DNA from: Negaprion brevirostris
Lineage: Eukaryota
Reading direction: 5' to 3'
DNA length: 64,000 nt
NCBI GenBank assembly: GCA_030324005.1
Contig: JARDVH010000084.1
Coordinates: 92,718,927-92,782,926 of the forward strand
The notes beneath the pieces were generated by a model that worked only from the letters and a program-made list of their open reading frames with translations, was not told where the DNA came from and did no database searches. Made by a program: the position numbers and the translations under genes. Shown in pieces: positions 13,657 to 27,707 of this stretch (positions are counted from its first letter, which is position 1; every line of letters begins with the position of its first letter).

Positions 13657-13920
13657 GGCCCATTGAGTTTGTGACATACACAAGCCCACCTCGGCCCTAT
13701 TCCCACAACACCACGCATTCATCTTGCTTACTCTCCCTGACAGTATCCAGCCAAGCTGTGCATGTTTGGACTTTGGGAATAAGCGGAGCAACCGGAGGTG
13801 AGCCCCACAGACACGGATAGAACGTGCAAACTCCACAAAGGCAATGACCGAGGACGGAATTGAACTGAGGTTCCGAGCGCTGTAAGCAAGCCGCGATAAC
13901 CATCGTGCCACAATGCCACG
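13657..13920 (-). mobile_element. HE1-type SINE
   Basis: tttggactttggga...aacgtgcaaactccaca...ggaattgaac motifs. Confidence 0.75.
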
Positions 13921-15899
13921 TCATGAATAACTAACACATGATACTGCATTCCGATTTTCCGAAGGCAACATACATTCGTAGCGTTTTCCCGATAATCATT
14001 CCAATCGTGAATTTTGTGGCTACCACTATACAAAAATAAAACATATTTAATCATGCAATTGCTGAATGAATAACTGAAAAATCTTAGTGCCGTATTTTCT
14101 CCACGTGTTTCACCCAAGATCGGGAATGATCTGAGAGTGTTTTCTGGAGAAATTAAACGTGTACTTGGAATAATGCATACAGCGCATAGGAGTCTAACTA
14201 ACTTCAAATAATCTACTTGCCAAAAAACAAGCTGAGCAAGGTTCCGATATAGGCATTGTATGATGACGTTCTTAGAAATGGCATCGTATAACCATTAGTT
14301 ATTTGTACAAGGACAAAGTTCTTAGATATAATGTATTAGCAAGAGAAGCAAGAAGAATGTAGAGGCTGCTAAAAAACACTATTTTGTGTAAAGCGGAAAT
14401 GGTTATGAGTTGTGATTTGCTGCCATTCGGCTAAGATCGAAACTTTGAAAGGTTTGAAGACCAATTGAATCAACTCTTCAAGGAATTATGCCGTCCGTGT
14501 TGCAACGTCAGAGCAACTAGATGGTTAATATTTTTTATGCAAAGAGAAGCAGCATTGCTTTAATTGGGCGTATGGCTTTCTTCTGTGTTGTAAATTTTTA
14601 AGTCTATATTTCTAAATAATTTAAGTGGAGTTCTGTATGACATTAGATATTCTTCCTATTTGATTCACAATCTTTGTTTGGGATGTTGCAAACAAATTGA
14701 TTTTGGTTTTTTTTTCCTTGTCTGTCACTTCTGCGTTTTCTCTCGGTTAATCTGGCAAAGATAAGATTCTTGGCCCGAAATTTCCTCGGCGAAATGATAG
14801 AGCTGCCTTCTTAACTGCTGCCAGTAGGAAGACAGGATAGCAGAGACAATTTTAAAGACGTTATTCTGGTTTCCTTTGCTTCGTCATAGCTTGTCGTACG
14901 TTAAATCACAGTTCGCCACTGATCCTGACAATCGATCAGTGACTTGTTAAAGGTTCAAACTGGCGTTAGAGAAAGTAGAGAAACAGCTAGTTATCCAAAT
15001 CTAACAAAAACAACGAAATCTGGTGTAATTTACTTGAATCCTCAATATCTACTTTCTGGTGCCTGACATGATGCTAATATGAAATGCAAATGATACTATT
15101 TCTTTCCGTTATATAAAACAAATCGTTGCATCTTATAAATCCACGAACAACTAACACCTTGGACAAAAAAAAACGAAATAACAATTTTCATTTGATTGGT
15201 CGGGTAAAGTGTTGAATAGCCAAGGGAGAATTTGAATCGAGACAACGACTCAAGAGGGCGCATGAACAGCAATAATTTTAACAAAATATTTTAATGAAAA
15301 ATAGGACAGACTTTGACACAATACAAAGATGACTGGGATTTTAATGAAGTAACACTTTTGAAGTCTCAAGCGTCTATTAAAATCCTTAATATGATTTGAC
15401 ATGAACCATACTCCCGAAAGACTGGCAGCTATGATGCTAAGGACCTCCCTCCGAGACAAAGACATATCCTNNNNNNNNNNNNNNNNNNNNNNNNNNNNNN
15501 NNNNNNNNNNNNNNNNNNNNNNNNNNNNNNNNNNNNNNNNNNNNNNNNNNNNNNNNNNNNNNNNNNNNNNAAAGACTGGCAGCTATGATGCTCAGGACCT
15601 CCCTCCGAGACAAAGATATATCCTCTTATTGATACTTTGGCTGAAGATTGTTAACAATGATTAATGTTCCTTTTCTCCTTAGTTGGTGAGTAATCACCTC
15701 ATCGAACATAAGGATATCCGTGAAGGCTGATTGTCCAGTGAATCATTTACATGTTATACACAGCTGGATTTGACAGGGCCGTCGACCAGTGAATCTATTC
15801 ATTTTATATGAGTCTGTTTATCATTGTCTTCTGCATGCTATTTATGCTGCTTCACAGAGACATAGTTCTATGGTGTAGCTTCAAAAACTTAGCATCATA

Positions 15900-17070
15900 T
15901 CTTTGGATGTCTGGTGTTGTTCTCCGCATGCTGACCTGGACTCAAAGTGGGCACGACCCTGTTATTTTCGATATATATTAATAATTTAGATGAGGAAATT
16001 AAATGTGCCTTTGACAAATTTGCAGATTGCACCATGGTCGCGACGGTAAACATTGAGGAGGAGGAAGCTTATCTGTTTAATTGTGATTTAGGTAAGTTGA
16101 GTGAGTGGGAAAATGCATGACAGATGCAGTACAATGGGGTTAAATGTGATGTTATCAGGTTTTGTAGCGAAACATGAAATCAAAATATTATCTGAATAAC
16201 TTATATTAAGAGACGAGAACTTGCAATAAGATCCCGGTAATCTTTTATATCATTCATTGAAATTAAGGATGCTATTTCAGCATCGGTAAAAAGGGCTCAT
16301 TAGCATGTTGGCTTTATTAATATGATGCTTGGAGCACAGAAATATGGATTCCTTTCGTAGTTATACAGTGCCATTGTGAGACCAAACTATGCGCACTTGT
16401 GGTCCGCTCATCTAAGGAATAATTCCTGGCTAGGGACAAAGTTCACCGATGGTTTATCGGTCTAATTCCTGGGATGGCGAGACTGACGAATGATAAAAGA
16501 ATCACTTAAGATTAAATGCAGTGGAGTTTTGATTAATGGTGGGGGTGGGGGGTGGGGGTGGGGCAGGGGTGTGCCTAGCGTCTTGTAGATATCCATAAAC
16601 TCGATTGTAACTTTAGAGGGGCGTCTTTGCCAATGCATGAATGGAATGGGAACAGAGGGATATCAGTCGGACAGCAGAGTGGGAGCAGGCTTGGTTGGTC
16701 GAAGGGCAAGTTTCTGTACTGTATCTATTTGTTGTTGTTTTTCTTTGTTCTTTGCAATTCTAACACGCTTTAGAAAGCATTGATGCAGGGAGAATATAGA
16801 ACATTTAACACTGTAAGTAGAAAAAAAACGCCTTAACCCATAGGGTGGTGAGCCTGTAAAATTATCTAACAGAGAAAAGTGTCAGGCCGAAATATTGTGT
16901 GTTTGCAAGAGGAATTTATCTGCACATCTAAATGTGAAAGGGGTCTAGGAACATCAGAGACAAGCGGGAAAAATGTTATGTTATCTGAGCAGTCACAATA
17001 CCAATGAATTGTGGAGCAATCGTGAGGGATGATTGGCCAAATCTTGAACTTATTTTCAATGTTTCGATGA
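15900..17070 (+). mobile_element. Decayed CR1 ORF2 RT to 3' end
   Basis: atatatattaataatttagat...aaatttgcagattgcacc (YINDLD...KFADxT), with a CR1 tail near 17040-17065. Confidence 0.8.
16538..16570 (+). repeat. G-run tract, G-quadruplex-capable
   Basis: ggtgggggtggggggtgggggtggggcaggggt: five runs of 4 or more G. Confidence 0.8.
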
Positions 17071-17255
17071 TCGGTAAATTGTTCAAATCATTAACGTATG
17101 CTGGTGCTGAAAAGACAATCAATCACTAGTAGCAACTGATGTGAAATACAACCGGNNNNNNNNNNNNNNNNNNNNNNNNNNNNNNNNNNNNNNNNNNNNN
17201 NNNNNNNNNNNNNNNNNNNNNNNNNNNNNNNNNNNNNNNNNNNNNNNNNNNNNNN

Positions 17256-17323
<68 letters not shown>

Positions 17324-17844
17324 AGAAATCAGTCGATCTGAACACAGTTGGTGTGCAAACACATGTTTTTGAAGAGTGCACACAGAGTGCAAAGTACAGT
17401 AAGGCAATAAACTCAAGTGGAACAAAGGTGTGTGTGTTAAGCTGTAATTGGACAAAACGAGTTAGATAAGGAAGTAAATTAAGGTAATGGAATTGAGAGG
17501 CAACAGGAGCATCCGGCAAGTGAAAGGTTGAGAAAGTCAATTGCGAAAGCCAGACAATTAATCAGACCGAAGTATATCTTTTGTGCCAAGATTGGAATCT
17601 ATAATTGTCTTCCAATAGACTATAAGAATTAGAATATGTTGACCAGGCATGGGCAATGTTCTATCCAGATGGGGCAGCGATTGTGAATCATGTATGTGAA
17701 ACATGGTGTGGAGGAGGGTACATATCAACGATGTTAATTACACCGCTGCATCGTTAGAAGGATAGATACAGAGCGAGAGGGATGTGTGTATTGCCCTCAA
17801 GCTGAGTCAGAATGCATTTGCTACTCTGAATTTTCCATACTTAC

Positions 17845-17871
17845 TGCTCTTTTTCAGAAGCTGCTGGCAGT
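17845..17871 (-). CDS. Candidate 27-nt phase-1 micro-exon (D-CQQLLKKS)
   Basis: caaactttttttag|ACTGCCAGCAGCTTCTGAAAAAGAGCA|gtaagtat; phase 0 closed by TGA; same AGCA|gtaagtat end as 5211-5237. Confidence 0.7.
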
Positions 17872-19306
17872 CTAAAAAAAGTTTGCAATGAAATGAAGAA
17901 CACGGTATCTACAGTCGTCTTAACACCATTGTGTTTGTTTTTAATATACGATTAAAAACAATTCAGTACAACCCACTAATTTCATCAGAGCGAAATTACT
18001 GAAATAAATAGATGCCAATTGAATAATTGTTTCGTCTCATATCATGAGAATAGCAACGAATGGCTTCTTATCGCATCTTGCGGAAGTAATTAAAATGTAT
18101 CTATACATTTTCTGAAACAATCCACTTCGGCGTTTCTTTTATTACTACAAAACAGCAGATGTGAAGGTGACTACTAGTCGACAGGTGATTATGTAGCAGG
18201 CCCTGCCTATGGAAAATCACATTGTATCTTTGTTTACGTGCATGAAACGCCTTTAATGAATATTTCAAATTTGCACCCACCACAAAACAGCATGATGCGA
18301 TTTTAGATTTCTGGACCTGAACACCAAATAAGTCATGAAAACTGACTTGACCTTAACAATTTGCCTAATTGAGGAGTATGAGGATGAGATGCTTGACTGC
18401 AGCTGTAATTTTACTGAGAAATTAGGGATCTCTAATCAAAACAAGTTTTGTTCAAAACACGGCTTCTGTGTCATTTTATGTAAATGAATTATCTTAAGTT
18501 TAATATTTGAGGAATAATTAAACATGAAAGAAAATAACTTTATTTTCTGCCTGAGCACTGTTTAAAGGCCAAATAAGCAGCATTGCCTCTTAGATGTAAA
18601 TACCACATCAAATATAATAAGGAAACATGAACATTATTGATTTANNNNNNNNNNNNNNNNNNNNNNNNNNNNNNNNNNNNNNNNNNNNNNNNNNNNNNNN
18701 NNNNNNNNNNCCCTGCCCCCGGTGGAGCATTCAACTTTCTGTCGTTAAACAACTCCAGCTTATGACTAAAAACAAAACGTTGCTTATCTTTCTGCAACAT
18801 AATTAAATCTTCTCCTGAACTGGAATAACGTAGTCTTGTATACCGAAACATAAAGTCCAGCTTCCATTTTTTTTTAAATCAGCAAATCTCCTGGATCATT
18901 TATTTAAAAAAAAACAGTGTACCAGTCCACTTCTTACTGAAAAGAAACTAAATGGTTACAAGAAATAAACACCCTCCTTTCCCAGCATCAGACCCTCGTG
19001 TCCTTTCAGACATGCTGCCTGTGTGTAAAAAAAAACGCTGAACGTGAGAATATCCCCCTAATCATAAAATATGTCAACTGCAATGTATCTTCAGGAGCCT
19101 TACTGTAACCTCATTGTAATGAAATTGATGTCCGTGGGTGGATCAGATAATTATTGAAAAATCAAAAGTATTGAGATATGGATCAAATTCAATTGCAATC
19201 CAGTGTATTTAAGTAAACACTAATTTCTCATTGCAATCGCCACATAAATGTTATGGTATAAAATGCTCCAAAATTACTTGCTAAATATATTAGTATTCTA
19301 ACTTAC

Positions 19307-19339
19307 CTGCGTATCTTGTTGCTAGGGTGGCACAATCCG
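19307..19339 (-). CDS. Candidate 33-nt phase-1 micro-exon (A-DCATLATRYA)
   Basis: gttatttcctttaaaacag|CGGATTGTGCCACCCTAGCAACAAGATACGCAG|gtaagt; consensus donor; phase 0 is closed by TAG. Confidence 0.68.
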
Positions 19340-21579
19340 CTGTTTTAAAGGAAATAACACACAATGAATATATCAATATACATGAGGACAGCTGAATTGT
19401 TTGTTAATTAGATTTTGGATCAGATGGAATATGGAAAACATCTGGGGCGAAATTCGTTTGCGCGATGCTCAAATCCATATTATTTGTCTTGCATTCATGG
19501 TTTCATGTACACTTTGTTTAAACATTTCGGTAAAAAAGCTCAGCCTCTCAGCAGTAGAGAATGTGATTGTAAGTGTATGTTATAAGGAAGATAAAGAGAA
19601 TGTAAACATCTATGTGGTCCCGTCAATAGAAAAGGATGGGTTGAACTTAACTGAGAGATTATCAGCCGTAACAACAAATCTATGGTGCCGAATATGGAAA
19701 TTAAAGAGCTCCTTGTGTATATTTTAACTGGAGAAGATAACGAATAGATTTATTGATAAATTAATCCCTAAATAGACCGTGCAGAGAACATTGAGGTGAA
19801 TTGTGTTGACAAATGGTTTGGATGTAGAATATGTATTAAAGAGATTGGTCCGTCAGGGTGTACAGCAACTAAGGCATTTCTTTCATATTCCTATAAAGTT
19901 AGAAAAACATTTTCAAAGAGTTCATGGAACAGTGGATATGTTGGGATTTGTTTTCTGAGCACACGGATTGTAAGAGTATGAAGGTTGTGTTAAACTGTAA
20001 CAGACATTTATTCGGCCACATCTTGCTGCTGCTTCTGATTCTGTGTGTCTTAAGTTTGGTCGGATGTGGTAGCGTTAGGAAATTTATGGTGACGCTATTT
20101 GCCGAGGCGATTCTCAACAAAAATAAAATCATGGATAAACAATTGCATCAATAAGGATGGGTTAAAAATGTTCCCCCTCTTTTCATTTCAGAATATAATA
20201 GGGATGTTTGTAGAGGTATTCAAGCTACTGAAGGGTGCAGCCTGTTCAAATCATGAGAACATCTTCCCTTTAATAATTCACCAGGAACTTAGGAGGTCAA
20301 TTCAAAATGATCTGGAGAATCAACAGAACTGAGGAATGGAAAAGAACATTCACCCAGAGAATGGAAATCGCGTGCAAAGAATTCCGGGTGTGGGAGATCG
20401 GAACAGGAGCTTCTGAGGAAAGTAAAATGAAATTGTGTTGTCATCAGAAAATAATATGCACAAAGGTAAGGATGACAATTTGGAATTACATAATACGCGC
20501 TTAGCAAGCAATTGCAGACACTGCAGGACACCTTATTACCTTCTGCATTATAAAGAATTTGGGATATTGTGAAAAAAAAGTAAATATGAAAAAAAAACAA
20601 ATAAGTAAAAACTTCCACGTACAGAAAACAGTGACATTCCAGACACTTTGTGGGTTTCAGACTGATAAAGAGGAAACATTGACTCGGCTACCTCTAGTTA
20701 AAATGTATACCTCACCACAGTTATCGGACGATAAAGTGGCTCATCAGAATGCAAATTCATCAAGAGCTGTGAACGACCTCCTGCTCTGCTCACACATAGG
20801 CTCATTGTTGATAGCAGAAAAATGGACAACTGTGCTCGTCACTCTAATATTCAAAATAAACGAATGCAGAATCAGTAAATACAGCAATAAAACAAAAATT
20901 ACAAGCCAAATACTAGAGACCACTCGCGGGAAATGTGTTAGAATCGATTACTCGATCTGTTATAGCAGGGCACCCAGAAAATATCATGTGTTTGGAAGAG
21001 TTAGGTTGGCTTCCTGGAAGGTGTAGCCTTGTTAAAATAAAATGGCCTCTTTGAAGTAGTCCAATATGCTGTGCATAAATGGAATCCTGTACATAAATTA
21101 TACGTAGTGTTCCAGAACGAATTTGTATGGCACAATGACAATTGTCAGGGTTTGATGAATGGACAGCTGCAACGATCTGTACCAGGTTGTGAAAATGTCT
21201 TTACCATTTACGACAATCACTTCGGCGAGTGAAGACATTCTATCCACATTTGGAGACAGCACAAAATAATTATGACGTATGTTGTAAAAAAGACACGAAT
21301 AGGTAATAGATGGATAAAGATAGCTCGTGTGATTGGGTGGGAATCCGCCCGATACAGTATAATGTGGAAAAGTGCGAAAATATTTACTTTGGCAGGAGCT
21401 CCACAGGAAAACAGTATTAATAGAAATGAAAATTACTACAGACGCAGCTGGATCATGTACACTCATGCTTGAGTCACAAAAATGTTGGCATGATGATGCA
21501 GCTTGTAACAACAGAAACAGTGAAATGTTACATTTCCTTATGAGAGAAATGAACATCAAAGTAGTCAAGTGGTAATGGT

Positions 21580-23120
21580 GGTAATTTACCAAATTCACTA
21601 TTGGTAATTTACCAAAACTCGCTGGACTCTGCGGTGGAAAACAGCAATGTGACGTTGCTGTTTAAAAGTGGTGGTAGAAAAAAGGGAGGTAACTATAGGC
21701 CCTTTTAGCTTAACTCCTGTAGTAGGCAAAATGCTTGAATCGATCATCAAGGAATAAATAGCGAGATGTCTAAATATAAACTGTAACATTCGTAAGACAC
21801 AGCATAGGTTTTTGAAGGGAAAGTCATGTTTGACTAATTTGGTGGAACTGTTTAAGAACATTGCAGGTGCAGTAGAGAATGGGNNNNNNNNNNNNNNNNN
21901 NNNNNNNNNNNNNNNNNNNNNNNNNNNNNNNNNNNNNNNNNNNNNNNNNNNNNNNNNNNNNNNNNNNNNNNNNNNNNNNNNNNNNNNNNNNNNNNNNNNN
22001 NNNNNNNNNNNNNNNNNNNNNNNNNNNNNNNNNNNNNNNNNNNNNNNNNNNNNNNNNNNNNNNNNNNNNNNNNNNNNNNNNNNNNNNNNNNNNNNNNNNN
22101 NNNNNNNNNNNNNNNNNNNNNNNNNNNNNNNNNNNNNNNNNNNNNNNNNNNNNNNNNNNNNNNNNNNNNNNNNNNNNNNNNNNNNNNNNNNNNNNNNNNN
22201 NNNNNNNNNNNNNNNNNNNNNNNNNNNNNNNNNNNNNNNNNNNNNNNNNNNNNNNNNNNNNNNNNNNNNNNNNNNNNNNNNNNNNNNNNNNNNNNNNNNN
22301 NNNNNNNNNNNNNNNNNNNNNNNNNNNNNNNNNNNNNNNNNNNAACACAGACTATTATTTAAATGGTTAAAAAAATGCGACATGCTGCTGTGCAGAGGGT
22401 TCTGGGTGTTTTTGTACAAGAATCACAAGGAATTCGTTTGTCAATGCAGTAGATAATTAAGAAGGCAAATGGAGTTCCGTCCTGCATTGCTAGATGGATG
22501 GTGTTTAAAAACAACAAGGTTAAGTTGCAGCTGTATCAGATGCTGTTAAGGCCAACCCCGGAGTACTGTGTACAGTTTTGATCTACTAACTTGAGAAAGG
22601 GCATATCTGTCCTAGAGGAGGTGCAGCGGAGGTTCGCGAGTTTGATACCGGAGTTGAAAGATTTGGCTTATGAGGAGAGACTGAGTAAACCAGGGCTACA
22701 TTGATCAGAATTCAGAAGAATGAGGGAATGTCTGTTAGAAACATATAAGCTTATGAAGGGAATATATAGGATAGAAGCAAGAAAGTTGTTTCCACTGATG
22801 GATAAAACTAGAACTTGGCGGCATGGCCTCAACATAGCGGGGAGCGGATTTAGGATTGAGTTGATGAGGAACTTCTCCACACAAAGAGTTGTGAATCCGT
22901 GGAATTCCCTGCCCAGTGAAACAGTTGCGGCTACCTCATTAAATGTTTTTAAGGCAAGGAGAGAGACATTTTTGAACAGTGAAGGAATTAAGGGTAATTG
23001 TGAGTGGATGAATAAATGGAACTGAGTCTACGGAACGATCAGTCATGACCTTAATTGAATGACGAAACTGGCTCGAGGGGCCAGATGGTCTACTCTTGTC
23101 CCTCGTTCTTATGTTCGTAT
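21580..23120 (+). mobile_element. 5'-truncated CR1 LINE with internal gap
   Basis: NYRP-like motif, KGKSCLTNLVELF, ETYKLMKG...RNFSTQRVVNPWNSLP, tail cttatgttc. Confidence 0.92.
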
Positions 23121-23129
23121 ATTATTTTT

Positions 23130-24500
23130 CGTTCTTAACAGGACATTGGTGAAATTGCACCTTGAGTTTTGTGTGCAATTTTGCTCTTCGTGTTTCATAA
23201 ATTCTAACAATTCATTGGATGAATGCCGAGGAGGTTGAATAGACTGATTCGCGGAATGAGTGTGTTGTCTCCGAAGAATATGTGTGATTATTCTTGTTCC
23301 TTGGAGTTCACAAGAGTGAAACGTGTATTGGGTCTATCCGACCATTAACGCTATCGACAAAGCAGGCATTTTTTTTTTGTATTTGAACGAGAATTGTGTG
23401 GTAGTGTTTCAAAAATAGAGAACAAAGATCAGTATAATGTTTTCTCGTGGAGGGATGTTGGAATTCACTTTCCTAGACGGTACGAGTAGGACCACTGAAC
23501 GTTTTATTTTTGCAGAAGGATGTAGATCGATTTTTGTGTCTAAAGCAAATCAGTTGTGGATGATGAACTTGGAATTGAATACAAACAGATAAGCCATGAT
23601 TTGCTTAAGCAATGTAACTTGTTATTTTGCGCATAATTTGTATATTTGTATGTAGCTACATTCATTAAACTTCGGTAGGGGGGAAGATTGCAAATAGTTA
23701 ACTCATGGTACAATTATTATCCTATTTGTCAAATATGAATTATTAAGGAAAGACAGTTTGAAGTTCCTGATAAAGCAATAGTTTCGTAATAAACTGGATA
23801 TTGTGCGTGTGTGTGTATTTGCGCGCGCGCGCGCGTGCATGTGTGTGTGTGAGTTTGTGAGTACATTAGTGTTATTAGCTTCCAAAAGGCATTTGTTAAA
23901 GTGGCATGCAAAGACACGTGAACCATATAAATTTGTCATATGGAGTTAAAGAGATAGTTATGAGAAATGTCCAAGTTATAGAAATCCAAAGCACTATTTA
24001 TTGGATTTTTCCCAGCTGGAATAAGATGTCCAGTGGATTATCAAAGGGAACGGTGTCAGAATCCTTAGATTACCTTTCGTTTTAATGGCCACCGCCACTG
24101 ACATTTGTTTCTATTAATTTCGAGATATCATGGAATTTGCAATGATTGTGAGGAGGATAGAGCTGAAATTCAAAATATACACAAACGTTGCTGAACCGGC
24201 AGATAATTGTCACGTTAAGTTTAATAGAGTTCAATGTCAGGTCATTCGCTTTGGTTGGACGGTGACGCGAAGTGAGTGTCGCAAAATGTTGCCATTTTGA
24301 TCGACGTACAGGAGCAGAAGTGGCCAGTTGAAAATGTTGATTTGACATTGACGGTGCAAATCAGTTGCCACAATTGTTTATGAACAATGCAGCCTCGACA
24401 GCTTTACCAATATTGATACAGAGTATAAGACGCTTCAGGTTATGATATATTTTTCTAAACCTGTTGTTTCTTTTCAATTGGAATGAAGTGCCCTGTTATG
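23130..24500 (+). mobile_element. Old CR1 fragments
   Basis: Degenerate LVxxHLExCVQF-like text at 23140-23185, 3' end near 23650, further RT-like remnants to about 24500. Confidence 0.55.
23803..23851. repeat. (TG)n-(CG)n-(TG)n alternating purine-pyrimidine tract
   Basis: gtgcgtgtgtgtgtatttgcgcgcgcgcgcgtgcatgtgtgtgtgtg. Confidence 0.95.
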
Positions 24501-24504
24501 TCGA

Positions 24505-24610
24505 ATCCACAATGTGGAGATGCAGGCGTTGGACAGCGGTAAACACAATAGGAAGTCTCACGACACCAGATTAAAGTCCAAAAGGTTTATTTGGTAGCAA
24601 ACGCCACCAA
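24505..24610. mobile_element. Short terminal fragment of a shark Penelope-like repeat (tentative)
   Basis: gtggagatgcaggcgttggac...aagtctcacgacaccagattaaagtccaa resembles a common shark repeat end (recalled, not aligned). Confidence 0.4.
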
Positions 24611-27600
24611 CACCAACTGATGTGTCGACTCCACACCAGGAAGACTGCCAAGCTTTGTGTCTGAATGCAGGGAAATATTCACGAAAACAAGCCCAAAAGT
24701 GAGAAATTTCAGTATGTTCACGTATTGACGCAGCCAACGTTTGGGTGTGAGGATGTGATGGAGGATTTGGGGAGGATAATACGCTTTCAGATGATAAATT
24801 CAATCTATATTTATAGTTGGATTCAAGATCTACTGGATTCTCTTTAGAGTTGCAAAGGGAAATGCCACTCGGCTGCCAGCAAGAAGAAGAAACACGTTAA
24901 ATAAACTGAAAAAAATAACATTGAAACATGAATACGTTTTGGGGACCATGAATGCAATTCCTGACATGCGCATTTGATGATGTGAGCAGATATTGGGATT
25001 ATTATTTGAAAACGGAAAATGCGAAGGGTAACGAACATAATGCCGGACAATGGCCCTAGGTAGCAGCATTCCTCGCAGAGCTGATTTTAATATTCACTTT
25101 AAGCACTTCCTTATATGTTGACGCAGTGCTGGTAGTTTATTACAGANNNNNNNNNNNNNNNNNNNNNNNNNNNNNNNNNNNNNNNNNNNNNNNNNNNNNN
25201 NNNNNNNNNNNNNNNNNNNNNNNNNNNNNNNNNNNNNNNNNNNNNNTAACTTTACAAATATTGGTAAGCCACTTAGCCGGAGGCCTTACAAAACGACGAA
25301 AAAAAACAAGTTTTATTTTCCAAAATTGGGCAATTTTTTATTCACACGAAATTGCGCGTACTATAGAGTGCACCGTGACGTTCCGCACTGCGTTAGAGCA
25401 GACTCGCTTGTCGTAAGGAAGATTCAACTCATGAAGTATCACAAAAACAGATCAATACTGAAGCCATTCGAAATAACAAACCCCACGTTCTCATTAAGTT
25501 CGTGTTCGGGAAGATTTACTTTGGGCTTGCTCTAATTGCGCTGCCAAACCATTTGGAATCGGCACTACTTATGGCGCCATTATTTATTAAAGGAATGCAG
25601 TTGGATAAAATTATCAAATCAAAAACGCGAATTTAAGCAAGTTATGTGAACGGCATGAGAAACATTGACATTTTCGTGACGTAGACGATTTCTAACCAGT
25701 TAATTAGATTTTTAAATAGAATACATAAGGCACTGATAAGAGTACCATTAAGAGTTAACCGATTCTTGAAGCATCATAATAAGCTAACGAGAGAATAGTT
25801 CCACATGTGTGGATGCAGTAGGAAGATTAAACGAGTAATTATGATTGTAAAACACGCATGCTGATACTTTAATGTATTTTATGTATTGTAAGAATCAGTG
25901 TCTATTTCAGCGGAAAGCCGGTTGCAGCAGGTCAAGATGGTCAACACGAAAACTTCAAAACTAAAGGTCTGAAAACGCTGTAGTTAGCAAAATAAGTTTC
26001 AGAAAGTTTATGTTGGGGGAATACATATTGCAACATTTCTGAGCAAGTGCATTCGTTGTCTAGACTTATGGTGGAAAAGGTTCTGGGACGTTAGATTACA
26101 TGTCTATTCTGTTTGGCATTTATCCAAAAGGAATGCCCACCATGACTCCTGTCATAAGCGTCTAGGCTAGTTAGGCAACAGGATTATTTTTTCTTTAGCC
26201 AAGATGGGAGTTAGCGTCCATATTTAGTGCCGAATGAGCTGTCATTATGCTGGATGGTAGAATGCAATTAGCTGAGGAGAATACCGGGAATTATTATTGA
26301 CGTATGCATGCTAAATGTAGTTGACTTTCAGCTAATATAAATGATTGATAAGAAATGTCCTACTTGGGTTGTTTTTCATTCTATGCATTAGAATGATCAG
26401 AAAGTTTCCATTGCTCCATCTCCCAGCTACTTTACTCGAAAATTATCTCTTTGCAACTGCTTGTTTTTCTTTGAAGTGCTGTTTAGTCTGTATACAGAGC
26501 TATCTGCCTTGTGAGTTTTGCATTGTCTAAAGTTACGTTAATACTGATAATTTCGATTGACTCCACAACATGCTGACTCTCTTTCGATGATTGGAAAAGT
26601 AAGGCATACCTTAAGACAGCCCCTTTTTCTTTAATTGTGTAGGCACATGGAATCTTGACTTACTTCAAATGTTCATAGCTTAACTGACAATAATGTTTAA
26701 CCTTTTCATTTTCCGTTTTATTTAATATGATTTCCTAAATGAAATGTCATGAACCATCAGCTTAATCCGTAATTCAATTTTCCATTAATAAATATGTTTA
26801 AAGTTGATGAATGGTAACATAAATTGTTAAATGAAGAACCCAGGTGATGTCGATACTTTTCTGCCAGTGCAGAGTGATGTTACTACCCGATATTTTTATC
26901 TGTTCGTTTTTTTTAATAGCTCAAAAAATAATAATGTAGCTGGTTTCAGAAACATAGGAAGTGTGTGTCTGAGAAGGTTTTTTTTTGCTATCTGAACTGG
27001 TCCACCAATGAATATAATGGATGGCTCGTGGATCAAAGCCTCAACTCTGCTTTATCATCACACCCGTTGATTGTTGTATTGCATGGACTTTCTTTTTTAC
27101 TTCGTTATTCATTTTTTTTTATTTGTTTGTTTGTTCAACTGTTTTTTTTTACTTATTTATTACATTCAGTGTTTTTTCCTTCATTGACAGCATCCTCTGA
27201 AACTAAAAAAATGTTCATGACTGCATGCCACGCCGCAACGAAAATAAGCTCCACCTTAGCATGTATTCTGTTTAAGCTTGTCAGAGTTAAATGCGTTTCC
27301 ATGAGATTCCCTATCGCCCTTCTAAATGACAGCTAAGACAGGGTTTATATTAAAAAAAAATCACGGACTACAATTGTGCAATTGCAGAAAATAATCTCAT
27401 TACGCTTAACCCTATTCATTCTTTGGAACACGTATTTGCTTCAATAAAGGTTCCCATTGTAGTTTCACGATGAGCCTAGACAACTGCAGGTCAGCATCCT
27501 TCTCCATATTAAGGTTGTTTTGCATTCAATGAAACATCCATGTTTATGGTGAGCGCATTTTTTTTTTTGCAATTTCGACAGTTATTGACTGGGCAGTTAA

Positions 27601-27689
27601 ACATCATATTTCAAATAGGGAGGAGAGAAAGCATGCAAATAAATAAAAACAAACATTTGTTTTTATGTAGAGAGAGATGCATATCTTAC

Positions 27690-27707
27690 CTTTCCGTGGT
27701 CTGAGAT
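27690..27707 (-). CDS. Candidate 18-nt phase-1 micro-exon (D-LRPRK)
   Basis: attatttctcatag|ATCTCAGACCACGGAAAG|gtaaga. Confidence 0.55.

Noticed and set aside
15417-15625. ~53-bp direct repeat either side of a ~100-N gap (CRISPR-like look)
   Set aside because: Two near-identical copies abutting a scaffold gap are typical of overlapping or allelic contig ends; no spacers, and the context is eukaryotic.
15683-15685. Plus-strand 3-nt micro-exon pattern ttttctccttag|TTG|gtgagt
   Set aside because: Isolated and opposite to the exon chain; no coherent plus-strand gene found.
17256-17323. Long poly-C run
   Set aside because: Adjacent to a gap; likely a sequencing/assembly artefact (poly-G signal dropout).
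21579-21617. 15-bp direct repeat tggtaatttaccaaa
   Set aside because: Small duplication at the 5' truncation point of a CR1; an ordinary integration by-product.
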